This document shows, in pieces, positions 28,962 through 39,027 of a stretch of DNA of 64,000 nt; the stretch's first letter is position 1; every line of letters begins with the position of its first letter. Origin of the DNA: Candidatus Moranbacteria bacterium GW2011_GWC2_40_12 (GTDB taxonomy: Bacteria > Patescibacteriota > Minisyncoccia > Moranbacterales > UBA11712); NCBI GenBank assembly GCA_000995965.1, contig LBYD01000002.1, positions 71,889 to 135,888 on the forward strand, in the 5' to 3' direction. Position numbers and translations under genes: made by a program. The notes under the pieces were generated by a model, which worked only from the letters and a program-made list of their open reading frames with translations, made no database searches and had not been told where the DNA came from.

Positions 28962-29711
28962 ATGACTCTCGAAAAACAGCTCGAACAACTTGGATTTCAC
29001 GAAAAGGAAGCGAAAGTCTATCTCGCCTGCCTTCAGCTCGGGCAGGATACAGCCTATCATATCGCCCAGAAGTGCGGCCTCAAACGCGCAACGGTCTATT
29101 TCACGCTCAATCTCCTCGTTGAACGGGGTCTCGTTTCCATTTGGAAAACAAAAAAAGCGACGCTATGGCGCGCCGCCAATCCCAAAAAGTTATTTACTCA
29201 AATTAAACGCAAAGAAGAAACGCTCACAGAGATATTTCCCCTGCTCCAGTCAATCTATAACTTCGACGAAGACCGGCCAAATATTCAAGTTTTCGAGGGG
29301 CAAGCGGGCGTCCGGCAAATTTATTCTGAAATTATTGACTATCTCGCCAAGGGAAAAGAAATCCTCTGCTGGGGAGACTTATCTCATGCTTGGAATCTTT
29401 TGGAAGATATCACCCACAAGTATCTCAAGCAGTCGCAAAACCGCCGCTACAAAATTCGGGAAATTCTGAATGATAGCGAGAAAAACAAAGAATATGTGAA
29501 ATTAATCCGAAAAAACAAAAATCCGAATCACAAAATTCGGTTTCTCGTGGATGATCAAATATTTTCCGGCAACGACAATGTTGTCTTCGGAGATAAACTT
29601 GTCATCTTTTCGACCCAAAACAAACTTTTCGCCACCGTCATCGAAAGCCAGGACATTGCCAGATCCTACAAAATCCTCTTCAACCTCGCCTGGCAGAATG
29701 CGGCAAGCTAA
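28962..29711 (+). CDS. TrmB-family transcriptional regulator
   Basis: LEQLGF.EKEAKVYLACL...IAQKCGLKRATVY..L..LVERGLV wHTH; FEGQAGVR; PLD-like C-terminus. Confidence 0.88.
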   Translation: MTLEKQLEQLGFHEKEAKVYLACLQLGQDTAYHIAQKCGLKRATVYFTLNLLVERGLVSIWKTKKATLWRAANPKKLFTQIKRKEETLTEIFPLLQSIYNFDEDRPNIQVFEGQAGVRQIYSEIIDYLAKGKEILCWGDLSHAWNLLEDITHKYLKQSQNRRYKIREILNDSEKNKEYVKLIRKNKNPNHKIRFLVDDQIFSGNDNVVFGDKLVIFSTQNKLFATVIESQDIARSYKILFNLAWQNAAS

Positions 29712-29802
29712 TCTCTTCCTAATCTCGTTGATTAGGAATCACATAGTTCAATATAATTACGAATAATCTTCACTACAACTAGTTGTAGTGAAATAAAAAA
29801 AA

Positions 29803-29830
29803 CACACCAGTAATCTAGTTTACTGGTGTG
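29803..29830. terminator. Bidirectional terminator between convergent genes
   Basis: cacaccagtaa-N6-ttactggtgtg flanked by A/T tracts. Confidence 0.65.
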
Positions 29831-29856
29831 AATTATTTTTACAAAAAAGCTGCGGC

Positions 29857-30318
29857 CTATTTCTTCAATTTCAGCCGATAGACATTCGTTTCCCGCGGCT
29901 TGAATTTGAGTTTTTGATAAAGTTTGTTCGCCGCGGCGCGCTTGGGATTGCTTGTAAGCTCAATACTAACTATTCCCTTTTTCTTTGCCCGTCCGATGAC
30001 ATGACTCATTATCTTTTTTCCAAGCCCTTTTCCCTGATGCTTCGGATGCACAACAACATCCTCAATTCGCGCCACTGTTTTGTCCATTACCTCCATAAGA
30101 TGCAAACTTGCCATACCAGAAACTTTTCCAGCAACCTCTATAACATGAATTTCCAGGAATGGATGGCCAACAAGTTTTTGAAGTCTTGTTATATTGATAC
30201 TTTTACCCTTTCCCGGCGAAAGCACCTCCAGCAACTCATTGATATCCTTCACAATATTTTCGGTGAATACAACCTCTCTTGTAAGCCGAAATATTTTTGA
30301 TTTACTTTTATTTTTCAT
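29857..30318 (-). CDS. GNAT acetyltransferase
   Basis: IEDVVVHPKHQGKGLG; LTSNPKRAAANKLYQKL. Confidence 0.9.
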   Translation of the reverse strand: MKNKSKSKIFRLTREVVFTENIVKDINELLEVLSPGKGKSINITRLQKLVGHPFLEIHVIEVAGKVSGMASLHLMEVMDKTVARIEDVVVHPKHQGKGLGKKIMSHVIGRAKKKGIVSIELTSNPKRAAANKLYQKLKFKPRETNVYRLKLKK

Positions 30319-30328
30319 AGATTAATTA

Positions 30329-31294
30329 CTATACTGAAGCAATAAACTTGTCCAGCGCCAGTTCTATTTCGATTTTTCCTGTCTTGGCTCCAAAATCAAT
30401 CTCGCAGAGATCTTTGTACAGCTTCTTGAGCTGATCGAGTGAAAAATTCCTCCCTTGTTCGAGGCTTTTTCGGGCAACAAACGGATGGAGTTTCAACTTT
30501 TGGGCGATTTCGCGTTCGGAGACATTTTTTTCGGCGAGTGCTTTCACTTTTAAGAGATTTCGGAATTGATAAAAATACATCGAAAGAAGATAAAAAGGAT
30601 CTTCCCCGGCGCTCAAGTGGTTATGAAGAAGCCCCGCAGCTGTTTTTTTGTCCTGCCGCGCCAATGAATCAATTGTTTTGAAAATATCAGTATCAATTTT
30701 CGATTTCACGAGAAGATTAATGTCTTCTTCGGAAATTTCCCCCTTGCTCCTATATCCGACAAGTTTTTCAATTTCTTTCGAGAGAAGCGAGAGATTGTTC
30801 CCGACAAAAATTGAAAGCTTCTCCGTTACCTTTGGGCTGATAGAAACTTTGTCTTCCCCAATCGCCCGAATTTCCCCAATTATCCAATTTGTCAGTTTCG
30901 ATCCATCCAAGAGACCGAACTCCTGCTTTTTTGTTTTTTCAAGAAGAAATTTCGCCAGTTTCAATTTTTTGTCGATTCTTTCTTTTTCCCAGAAAACGAG
31001 AGTGAGGTCTTTTATTTCTCCTTTATCCGCCTTTTTCAGAAAATCGAGAAGCTCCAAGTCTTGCGCCGCTGTTTTGTTTTGAAGAATATTTTTCACAATT
31101 GCCAATTTCTTGTTTGAAAACAATCCTCCCGAAGAAAGTTTGATGATAAGATCGCTAATTTTTGCTCCTGGTTCAACAAAGTCAAAAACAAAAAGGGTGC
31201 CGCCCTCTTTGTATTTTTCGGTAAATTTGTTTTTTATTTCGGCAAGTTTCCGATTCGAACGAAATCCATCCTCGCCGTAAAGGAATATTATCAT
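30329..31294 (-). CDS. holA: DNA polymerase III delta subunit
   Basis: IFLYGED, GLFSNKKL, EIEKLVGY, HPFVARK and IDFGAKTG. Confidence 0.88.
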   Translation of the reverse strand: MIIFLYGEDGFRSNRKLAEIKNKFTEKYKEGGTLFVFDFVEPGAKISDLIIKLSSGGLFSNKKLAIVKNILQNKTAAQDLELLDFLKKADKGEIKDLTLVFWEKERIDKKLKLAKFLLEKTKKQEFGLLDGSKLTNWIIGEIRAIGEDKVSISPKVTEKLSIFVGNNLSLLSKEIEKLVGYRSKGEISEEDINLLVKSKIDTDIFKTIDSLARQDKKTAAGLLHNHLSAGEDPFYLLSMYFYQFRNLLKVKALAEKNVSEREIAQKLKLHPFVARKSLEQGRNFSLDQLKKLYKDLCEIDFGAKTGKIEIELALDKFIASV

Positions 31295-31336
31295 GATTCT
31301 CAACATTCAATGTTAGGGTTCCCCCAGCATTGAATG

Positions 31337-32443
31337 TTATTGCACTTCCCACTTCAGCGCTTGACCTGGCTCCAATACCTCCACCCAAATCTGCCCCGGA
31401 ACAAACTTCACTTCCTGTCCGGATTCATCATACATAAAAAGCTTCGACGCCCATTTCGATTTGTCTTTTTTCCAGCGGCCTTTTGTCTCTTTTCCGTTGA
31501 AATAGTAGAACGCGTCACCCTCGCTCACGCTGTCAAATTGCGGGTCTCCAATTTGAACATTGTTGTATTGGCCTTCGATCTGTTCCGAAGAAGCAATAAC
31601 AACCGCTATATTTTTTGGTGCCAGCCTTTTTCCGTTATTGGCATCCGTATCAGCTACCTTATTCCAGAAACGAAGATAAGAGTTTGTGGCTTTGTCATAG
31701 TCATATTCAGCCGCGTACGGTCCGGCAAAACCCACCCGCAGATGTCCTCCATTCGGACGCTGATCCGCCGGCGCTTCCGCTTGATGAGCGTAACCGGAGA
31801 ATTTATTTTCCATGCGATAATTTCTGGCCTTAGCGCATTCCAGCAGTTTTTCAAACTTTGCAAAACCATTATCAGGAGCTGGAATTCCAGCTTTTCGAAA
31901 ACCGCATTCGGAGGCTTTATTTCCAAAGCTGCCGTTAAGGTCAAGGTTATCGATAACACCTTTGTTCAAAATGTCACCGGCAAAATGCGATCCGCCCCAA
32001 TGGGCAAAAATCGCGTCCCAGCCGGCGGCAAGAGCAATGTAGTCATGGCGTGAAGATCGTATTGATCCGACTTCCGGAGGATTGTTGCAGACATAAAGGC
32101 CTGTGAGCCGAGTGATGCTGGCTGTGATAGCCGGCATTTCCAGAACAAGGTCCGCATCCGAAAATCCGCTGTCAGGCCGCACCGAAAGGTCAGCCGCTTG
32201 CATCACTGCAATTGGCCGGCGATTCCAATTGTCGCACGGCAAATTCGTGAACGGGCTTACTTCTCCGGTATTAAGCGGCGCACCCATATCGACATCCCCT
32301 TTCATGGAGTCGAGATCCAAAGGTCCGGCTTTTCTTTTGCCAAACCAGCCAAGAAAATATCCAGCGATTATTATTATAACTACCAGCACGGCGACGCATA
32401 TGACTTTCGTCTTTGTGCTCATTTCTTTGATTCTGTCGAGCAT
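31337..32443 (-). CDS. DUF3048 membrane-anchored protein
   Basis: RPIAVM...RPDSG..ADLVLE...ITRL...VGSIRS.R...H.GGS; C-terminal PGQIWVEV. Confidence 0.85.
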   Translation of the reverse strand: MLDRIKEMSTKTKVICVAVLVVIIIIAGYFLGWFGKRKAGPLDLDSMKGDVDMGAPLNTGEVSPFTNLPCDNWNRRPIAVMQAADLSVRPDSGFSDADLVLEMPAITASITRLTGLYVCNNPPEVGSIRSSRHDYIALAAGWDAIFAHWGGSHFAGDILNKGVIDNLDLNGSFGNKASECGFRKAGIPAPDNGFAKFEKLLECAKARNYRMENKFSGYAHQAEAPADQRPNGGHLRVGFAGPYAAEYDYDKATNSYLRFWNKVADTDANNGKRLAPKNIAVVIASSEQIEGQYNNVQIGDPQFDSVSEGDAFYYFNGKETKGRWKKDKSKWASKLFMYDESGQEVKFVPGQIWVEVLEPGQALKWEVQ

Positions 32444-32447
32444 ATTT

Positions 32448-32560
32448 TTGGGAATTGAGAATTTAGAATCGAGAATTGTGAATGGGAATCAAGAACAAAG
32501 AACCCGGGATTCTAGATTCAATATTCCCATTCTAAGTTCAAAATTCGCAATTCTAAATTC
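32448..32560. repeat. Heptamer-periodic imperfect inverted repeat (gagaatt / aattcta)
   Basis: ggaattgagaatttagaatcgagaattgtgaat mirrored by attctagattc...aattcgcaattctaaattc. Confidence 0.75.
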
Positions 32561-32572
32561 TTTAAAGAGTTA

Positions 32573-33436
32573 TTATTTTTGGCAAGCGGGACAAAAAAAA
32601 GTCCCTCTCTGCCCCATTTTTTCCCTTAGGACTATTGTATCACATCTCGAACATCTTTTTCCAGCCCGGCGGTAGACTTTGAGTACCTCCTGAAATTTTC
32701 CCGGCGCGCCAGCTGTGTCACGATAATCGCTGTCCGATGTTCCTCGCAATTTTGTGGCTTTTTTAAGGATTTTTTTGATTGCATTGTATAGTTTTCGCCT
32801 TTCTTCTCCGCTCAATGTGTCGGCTGGCCGGCTTGGCAAAATTCCGGCCTCAAACAAAATTTCGCTTACATATATATTCCCTATCCCGGCGATTTTGCTT
32901 TGGTCCATAAGCAGCATCTTTATTTTTGTTTTCCGATTGTCCAGAATTTCATCGAGTTTATTCAGGGTGAACCCCTGACTCATCGCATCGACCCCCAAGC
33001 TTCCAATTTCTTTGATTTCATCAATTTTGTCAGTATCCGCCAAAATTATTTTCCCAAACTTCCGCAAATCAGAAAACTCGAGCGTCCGTCCGGACTTCAA
33101 AAAGAATACGTGATGAATATATTGATTTACTTTTTCATCAAAATAGTCTTTCTCCTTGACTTTGCGCTTTGAGCTTTGCGTTTTGCGCTTGACCAGCAAA
33201 TGCCCTGTCATCTTGAGATGTATGTATATCGTCTTCCCTCCCGACAAGTCTATAAATATATTTTTTCCGACCCTTTTTGCTGCTAATATTTCCCTGTCCT
33301 TTATCCCTTTCTTGAATTTATCCAACGGCATCTTCACCGATTTTTTCCAATCACTCCAAAAACCGATGACCGTGTCGCCTTTTATTTTTTGGTTTAGATC
33401 GTCAACAATTGTTTGAACTTCCGGTAATTCCGGCAT
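32573..33436 (-). CDS. mutM: Formamidopyrimidine-DNA glycosylase
   Basis: MPELPEV, HLKMTG, DLRKFG, AGIGNIY and a C-terminal C4 zinc finger. Confidence 0.96.
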   Translation of the reverse strand: MPELPEVQTIVDDLNQKIKGDTVIGFWSDWKKSVKMPLDKFKKGIKDREILAAKRVGKNIFIDLSGGKTIYIHLKMTGHLLVKRKTQSSKRKVKEKDYFDEKVNQYIHHVFFLKSGRTLEFSDLRKFGKIILADTDKIDEIKEIGSLGVDAMSQGFTLNKLDEILDNRKTKIKMLLMDQSKIAGIGNIYVSEILFEAGILPSRPADTLSGEERRKLYNAIKKILKKATKLRGTSDSDYRDTAGAPGKFQEVLKVYRRAGKRCSRCDTIVLREKMGQRGTFFCPACQK

Positions 33437-33496
33437 ATTTATTGTTAAGTGTCTCGTCCGCATTCCTTTCCGGCCGAACGGACAGACCTCTAAAAA

Positions 33497-35071
33497 TTAA
33501 TTTGGGTATTTATCGATGGTGGCTTTATTTGCCTCATTTCTCTTGAGATATATCACCGCATAATCGTCGCCGTATATTTTCGCCCAGTCCGGATTTTCCT
33601 GAATGATTTTGGGAAGATTCATTCCCCAAGGAGTGATGTCATGCGAATAGAAAAACACCGCATTGAAATCATACACCCGATCAATTTTTTCGAAAATATC
33701 CGCGTTCTCCTGCATTGGTTTATACACTTCGCCAAAAAAGGAATCGGGATAGGCTTCCGGACGGTTATCCACAAAGACTTTTTCGCTTTTGGGAAGATAA
33801 AAAATGAGATATCCGCCAATGTCATAGTTGTTGAAAACCGGCCCTTGGATATTCTCTTTTCGGAAAAATTCGGCCGCTTGAGTCACTCCCGGCAAAAGCC
33901 CGGTTCCTATCTTTTCCGAGTGAAAACTCACATATTCGAAGTTGCACCAAAGGCCAACGACAGCCAATATAATATACAATACGGCAATGCCATTTTCTTT
34001 CGCGATATTTATTTCGCCTTTTTTTTGCCCGAAAACAGCTTGAAAATTATAAGCCAGAGCCGGAAGAGCGAAAAATCCAAGCAGCGTGAAATTTCGGATG
34101 GCCACCCAGCCCAAGACCCCAAAAAATATGGAAAATATAAAATAGACAAGCGATATTTTTTTGCGATTGACAAAAAAAAGCAGGACAAAGCTCAAGGCCA
34201 ACAAGATCAAAACGGATTTTATGAGGGAAAAATTCGGATTCATCACCCCGTAATTTTCAACAAAACGGACCGACTTGTTTTCCACAATCGTATAGCCATA
34301 ATTTTTGAAAATTTTGAGCGGATAGAGAAGGCCCCTGATCCCGAAAGGGTTCACCAGCGATGCCAGACAAGTGGAAAAAAGAACAATTGCCAAAATTTTT
34401 ATCTTTTTTATTTTTTTTGTAAATTCTTCGTCAGTCAATTTTTGAAAAATAATTTGCGCAATTTCAGAAAACCAAAAAGTCCCAATCAAAAATAATCCCA
34501 GAAAAAAATAGACATGGGAATTTACCCAGACAATCTGAAGAGGGATAAGAAAAAATAGCCCTCTCCAGTTCATTTTCCCCTCCGAGTATTTCCAGAGTAA
34601 AAAGAGAAATATTGCTGAGAAAATAACACTGAAGACTTCCGGCCGGATTTCCGTCCTTTCGGCCATTAGCGGCGCGAGAAAAAAAGCGAAAAGCGCGGCC
34701 AAGGTGAAATTTGATTCCCGGCTTGCTATCCGGAAAAAAACCGCAAATGCGGCCAGACTCAAAAGAATATAGAAAAGCGAGAGGCCGCTGAACCCGAAAA
34801 ATTTCCAAATATAATGAAATGCCACCCCGGATCCCCAGTGATGGTTCACGACCGGAAAATCCGGGTTTGTGAAGGAATAGTAATTTTCATGAAGGGGAGA
34901 ATTTTTTTCAAACAGATTGAAATCGTTTTCAACCACCCATCTCCCGTTCTCGAGATGCCGCCCTAAATCCGCCGTCGCGAGATTAATCTTCCTCGCATAC
35001 AAAAACCCGACCCAAAGAAGAAGGAAAATAAAAATCCCGATTTTTATAAAAAATTTCTTGTCTCCACCCAT
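33497..35071 (-). CDS. Multi-TM GT-C-like membrane protein
   Basis: DLGRHL.NG, RPE.F, WVNSH, VFN.Y..GGYL and VFVDNRPEAY; about 11 TM segments. Confidence 0.65.
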   Translation of the reverse strand: MGGDKKFFIKIGIFIFLLLWVGFLYARKINLATADLGRHLENGRWVVENDFNLFEKNSPLHENYYSFTNPDFPVVNHHWGSGVAFHYIWKFFGFSGLSLFYILLSLAAFAVFFRIASRESNFTLAALFAFFLAPLMAERTEIRPEVFSVIFSAIFLFLLWKYSEGKMNWRGLFFLIPLQIVWVNSHVYFFLGLFLIGTFWFSEIAQIIFQKLTDEEFTKKIKKIKILAIVLFSTCLASLVNPFGIRGLLYPLKIFKNYGYTIVENKSVRFVENYGVMNPNFSLIKSVLILLALSFVLLFFVNRKKISLVYFIFSIFFGVLGWVAIRNFTLLGFFALPALAYNFQAVFGQKKGEINIAKENGIAVLYIILAVVGLWCNFEYVSFHSEKIGTGLLPGVTQAAEFFRKENIQGPVFNNYDIGGYLIFYLPKSEKVFVDNRPEAYPDSFFGEVYKPMQENADIFEKIDRVYDFNAVFFYSHDITPWGMNLPKIIQENPDWAKIYGDDYAVIYLKRNEANKATIDKYPN

Positions 35072-35198
35072 AAAAAAGAAAAATAACTTCTTGATAGCGG
35101 GTATACAGTATACTGGATAACCATAAACAGAAAAATTCGCAACTTTTCTCAAGGATATTGGCGTAATTTTCTGTTTTTTTTCTGCTGATCTGCAGCCT

Positions 35199-37856
35199 TT
35201 ATACTTCTCCCCAATTGTCTCCGACCTTCACATCCGCGATTAGCGGAACGGAAAGTTTGTAGACACTTTCCATCGCCGACTTGATATCTTTCGCGAATCT
35301 TTTGGATTCTTTTTCCGGAACTTCGAATAAAAGTTCATCGTGGATCTGGAGAATCATCCTCGACGCGGGATATTTTTCCGCAATCAGTTTGTCAGCCTCA
35401 ATCATAGCCAGTTTGATGATGTCAGCCGCCAGGCCCTGGATGGGCATATTCACCGCCATTCTCTCGGCTTGGTTTCGAAGCTGAATATTTGAGGAATTTA
35501 TTTCCGGGATATAGCGCCTTCTTCCTAATTCCGTTTCGACAAAACCATTTTCCCGCGCCAAAATTTTCACCTCATCCAGAAACTGGGCAACTTGGGGATA
35601 GTTGGAAAAATATTTTCGGATAAATTCTTTTGCTTCTTCCTGCGAAACTCCCGCCGATTGCGAAAACCCGAAAGTGCTCATTCCGTAGATGATTCCGAAA
35701 TTCAGAGCTTTCGCGGAGCGGCGCATCTTGTCGGTTACTTTATCGATTTCAACCTTGCCAATTCTCGCAGCCGTGGCCGTGTGGATATCTTCCTTGTTTA
35801 AAAATGTAGTAATCATTCTCACGTCTCCGGATAGATGAGCCGCGATGCGCAGTTCAATCTGTGAATAATCGGCGCTCACCAATCGATAACCCTCTTCGGC
35901 TTCGAAAGCAGTGCGGATAATTTGGCCGAGATCGGTCCGAATGGGAATATTCTGAAGGTTCGGCTCCGAGGAAGAAAGCCGGCCGGTCGCCGTCACCGCC
36001 TGATTGAATGTGGTATGAATTCTTGAAGCGCTGTCCGTCATTTTCGGCAAAGTATCAAGGTAGGTGGTTTTCAACTTGAAGAGCTCCCGATATTCTTCGA
36101 TTTTTTCAACGACCGGATGAAGTGTTTTTATTTTTTGAAGTTCAGGTGAAGCCGTTGAAAAACCGGTTTTTCCTTTTTTGATGTCTTTTGTCGGTATCTT
36201 CAGGTTCTCAAAAAGAACCTCCCGGAGCTGGACGGAGGAGTTGACGTTGAAATCTTCACCTGCCACTTTTTGAATTTCTTTTTCCAGTTTCTTGACTCGC
36301 TGGTCAAGTTTGGCCGATATGCCCCTGAGAACGGTCTTGTTTATTCTTATCCCGACTTTTTCCATTCTTGACAAAATTTCCGCAAGCGGCATTTCCAACC
36401 TTTCGAAAAGTTCTTTTAGTGTTTTTTCCTTGCCCTCGGAAATTTGCTGCCGGCTGATTTCTTCAAGTTTTTTCCCGAGCTTTTCCTTGAGAGCGAAATT
36501 ATATGCCGTTTTTTTGCATATCTTTTCAATCTGCCCTTCATCCTCTTGAAAAACAAGGGAGGCCTGCCCTGTTTTTTTATTATCTTTTGGAACCATTATT
36601 CCGAGCTCCTGCATCGCGAGATCTTCCCAAGTGAGATTTGACCCTGAGCTCAAAAGATAGGCCGCGAGCTGGACGTCAAAAGAAATTCCCCGCAAATTTA
36701 TTCCTGCCTTGTCAAAAATATGCCATTCCCTTTTGAGATCGAAGCCGATTTTTTCAATTTTTTCATTTTCCAGAATTCTTTTGAGACTCTCGCTGATTCT
36801 CGGTATGTAATTGGAAGAGCGGGAATCTCCGCTTATCGCAATACCTCGGCTGTCTGTAGCGATTGAAATTATTTTGGGTGTTTCTCCAAGCTCAAAGGCT
36901 TCAATTTTTTTCCATTCGACTTTTCCCGTCTCTTCCGGGCCAACAGAATCATTTTTCTGCAGATTTTTCATATGATCTTCATAACCCGGCAGGCGGCGAA
37001 GAAGCGAGAAAAACTCAAGCTCCCGCATGAGGTTGATGACCTCGACACGGCTGAAATCTTCAGCAAGGCACTTTTCAATGTCAAAATCAACCGGTACATT
37101 TTCAACGAGACGCGCCAAGCGTTTGCTAAAAAATGCCTGGAGCTTGTCTTTTTCCAATTTTTTTCGGATCCCTTCTCTTATATTGGGAAGATTTTTATAA
37201 ACTTCTTCGATAGTATTGTATTTTTTTAGAAGTTCGGTGGCCGTTTTTTCTCCAACTCCGCGGACACCCGGAAGATTGTCCGAAGGATCCCCCCGAAGCC
37301 CCTTGTAGTCAATCATCTGGTCGGGCTTAAGACCGTACCGCTCAAAAATTTCTTTTTCGCCATAAAGAACGGAGTCGCTCATCCCTTTCCGAAGAGCGAA
37401 AACTTTCACTTTGTCGTCAACGAGTTGCAGCGTATCCAGGTCTCCGGTCACAATAATCACTTCTACGTCCGGATGGATTTTTTCCGTTTTTCGGGCGAAG
37501 GTGGCAATAAGGTCATCGGCTTCATATCCTTTTTTTTCCACAACAGGAATATTGAATGCCTCGACAATTTTTTTCACTAGTGGAATTTGCTCATAGAGGT
37601 CATCCGGGGCCTTCACCCTGGTCGCCTTATAGCTCTTGAACTCTTTGTGCCGGAAGGTCGGCTCCTTGAGATCAAAAGTCGCCGCGATGTAATCGGGCTT
37701 GAAGCGGTTGAGGACATTGAGCAGGACGGAAGTGAACCCATAAACCGCGTTCACGATTTCCCCCTTTCTTGTGGTCAGCGGAGGAAGAGCGTGGTAAGCG
37801 CGGTGAATGATGGCGTTGGAGTCGATGAGGATAAACTTTTTTTTTGGAGATGGCAT
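35199..37856 (-). CDS. polA: DNA polymerase I
   Basis: 5'-3' exonuclease (RAYHA, YEADD, GDPSDN); polymerase motifs TGRLSS.EPNLQNIP, DYSQIELR, NFGIIYG and QIHDEL. Confidence 0.98.
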   Translation of the reverse strand: MPSPKKKFILIDSNAIIHRAYHALPPLTTRKGEIVNAVYGFTSVLLNVLNRFKPDYIAATFDLKEPTFRHKEFKSYKATRVKAPDDLYEQIPLVKKIVEAFNIPVVEKKGYEADDLIATFARKTEKIHPDVEVIIVTGDLDTLQLVDDKVKVFALRKGMSDSVLYGEKEIFERYGLKPDQMIDYKGLRGDPSDNLPGVRGVGEKTATELLKKYNTIEEVYKNLPNIREGIRKKLEKDKLQAFFSKRLARLVENVPVDFDIEKCLAEDFSRVEVINLMRELEFFSLLRRLPGYEDHMKNLQKNDSVGPEETGKVEWKKIEAFELGETPKIISIATDSRGIAISGDSRSSNYIPRISESLKRILENEKIEKIGFDLKREWHIFDKAGINLRGISFDVQLAAYLLSSGSNLTWEDLAMQELGIMVPKDNKKTGQASLVFQEDEGQIEKICKKTAYNFALKEKLGKKLEEISRQQISEGKEKTLKELFERLEMPLAEILSRMEKVGIRINKTVLRGISAKLDQRVKKLEKEIQKVAGEDFNVNSSVQLREVLFENLKIPTKDIKKGKTGFSTASPELQKIKTLHPVVEKIEEYRELFKLKTTYLDTLPKMTDSASRIHTTFNQAVTATGRLSSSEPNLQNIPIRTDLGQIIRTAFEAEEGYRLVSADYSQIELRIAAHLSGDVRMITTFLNKEDIHTATAARIGKVEIDKVTDKMRRSAKALNFGIIYGMSTFGFSQSAGVSQEEAKEFIRKYFSNYPQVAQFLDEVKILARENGFVETELGRRRYIPEINSSNIQLRNQAERMAVNMPIQGLAADIIKLAMIEADKLIAEKYPASRMILQIHDELLFEVPEKESKRFAKDIKSAMESVYKLSVPLIADVKVGDNWGEV

Positions 37857-37938
37857 ATTTATCGCCTTTTAATGCAAAATGCAAATATCAAAAATCAAAA
37901 TGAAAATCCAAAATAAAATATTTTTGAATTTTACATTG

Positions 37939-38460
37939 TCACTTTGAATTTTGATTTTTAAATTTTGAATTTATAATGATTTTCCTCGCATCCCCGTCGA
38001 GATGTTCAAATTCCAGCCAAATGGCACGACTGGGAATTATAGCCTTCATCCTCTCCGCCCACTCGACAATCACAATATTATTTTCCCCGGTGATAATTTC
38101 TTTCCAGCCCAATTCTATAATATCCCGTGATTTAACTCGATAACAATCTATGTGATAAACGTTTAAGGTTTGGCCTTGAGGAATTCCCCGACTTGTCGGG
38201 GAAGGGAAGGGCCGAACCTTGGAAAAATTTTGACTTTTAATTTTGTAGTGCTTCATCACCACAAACGTCGGGCTCGTGTAAGGACCTTTGATTTTCAGCC
38301 CCCGCAAAACTCCCTGCGCGAAAGTCGTTTTCCCGCTTCCAAGCTCACCCGTAAGACAGATTATCTCACCACCGCGCAATTCTTGGGACAACACTTCACC
38401 CAGTTTTCGGGTTTCACTAGCGCTTTTCGTAAAAAATGTTTCCAAATTACCAATAGCCAA
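37939..38460 (-). CDS. tsaE: tRNA threonylcarbamoyladenosine biosynthesis ATPase TsaE
   Basis: GELGSGKTTF, SPTF, HIDCYR and VEWAE; carries an insertion of about 20 aa. Confidence 0.92.
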   Translation of the reverse strand: MAIGNLETFFTKSASETRKLGEVLSQELRGGEIICLTGELGSGKTTFAQGVLRGLKIKGPYTSPTFVVMKHYKIKSQNFSKVRPFPSPTSRGIPQGQTLNVYHIDCYRVKSRDIIELGWKEIITGENNIVIVEWAERMKAIIPSRAIWLEFEHLDGDARKIIINSKFKNQNSK

Positions 38461-38586
38461 TTACAAATTACGTTTATGTAATTGTCGCATAAATCCTGAT
38501 TTTGGCAAAGAAAAAAGGCCAGCCTCATCACGGATGCGTCCGCAATGAAAACTGGCCTTAGTTATCCTTCTTTTTTGGTGCCACTC

Positions 38587-39027
38587 TTACCGCAGCCGGC
38601 GGCTTCGGTAAAATTCCAATTCACCCAATTGACGAGCCCTTTGTTCGAGCTTAGAACGGTAATCCCGCTCCAAAGAATCGAACTCCTGCCCGTAAGCTTC
38701 TCTCGCTTCTCCGCAGAGAATTGGGGGAGCATGGGCACCGCGCGGAAACCCGTGCTCAAAATCACGCCGAGCAGCCGCCCGCGCCTCATCGCGCATGGCG
38801 TTCTTGGCGGCATCGTAATCGCGCTGGGCTTCTTGCAGTCTGCGGTCAAGATAAGCCGACCGTTTGACTACAGAAAGCGGCGCCCGGTTCCAATCAACGT
38901 TTGGGCCACTGGAAGACCCGACGTAATTAATTGGATCGAAAACGAGTATGCCGCCCACAGTACCGCAGCCCGCGATCCCTGACTGCAGCAGCGCTACCAG
39001 GACTATAACCTCAAAAATTTTCCTCAT
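38587..39027 (-). CDS. Putative lipoprotein
   Basis: GGAGG SD; MRKIFEVIVLVALLQSGIAG-C lipobox-like signal. Confidence 0.55.
   Translation of the reverse strand: MRKIFEVIVLVALLQSGIAGCGTVGGILVFDPINYVGSSSGPNVDWNRAPLSVVKRSAYLDRRLQEAQRDYDAAKNAMRDEARAAARRDFEHGFPRGAHAPPILCGEAREAYGQEFDSLERDYRSKLEQRARQLGELEFYRSRRLR

Noticed and set aside
33763-33775. DnaA box (ttatccaca) suggesting oriC
   Set aside because: It is a single copy inside a CDS, with no box cluster and no dnaA nearby.
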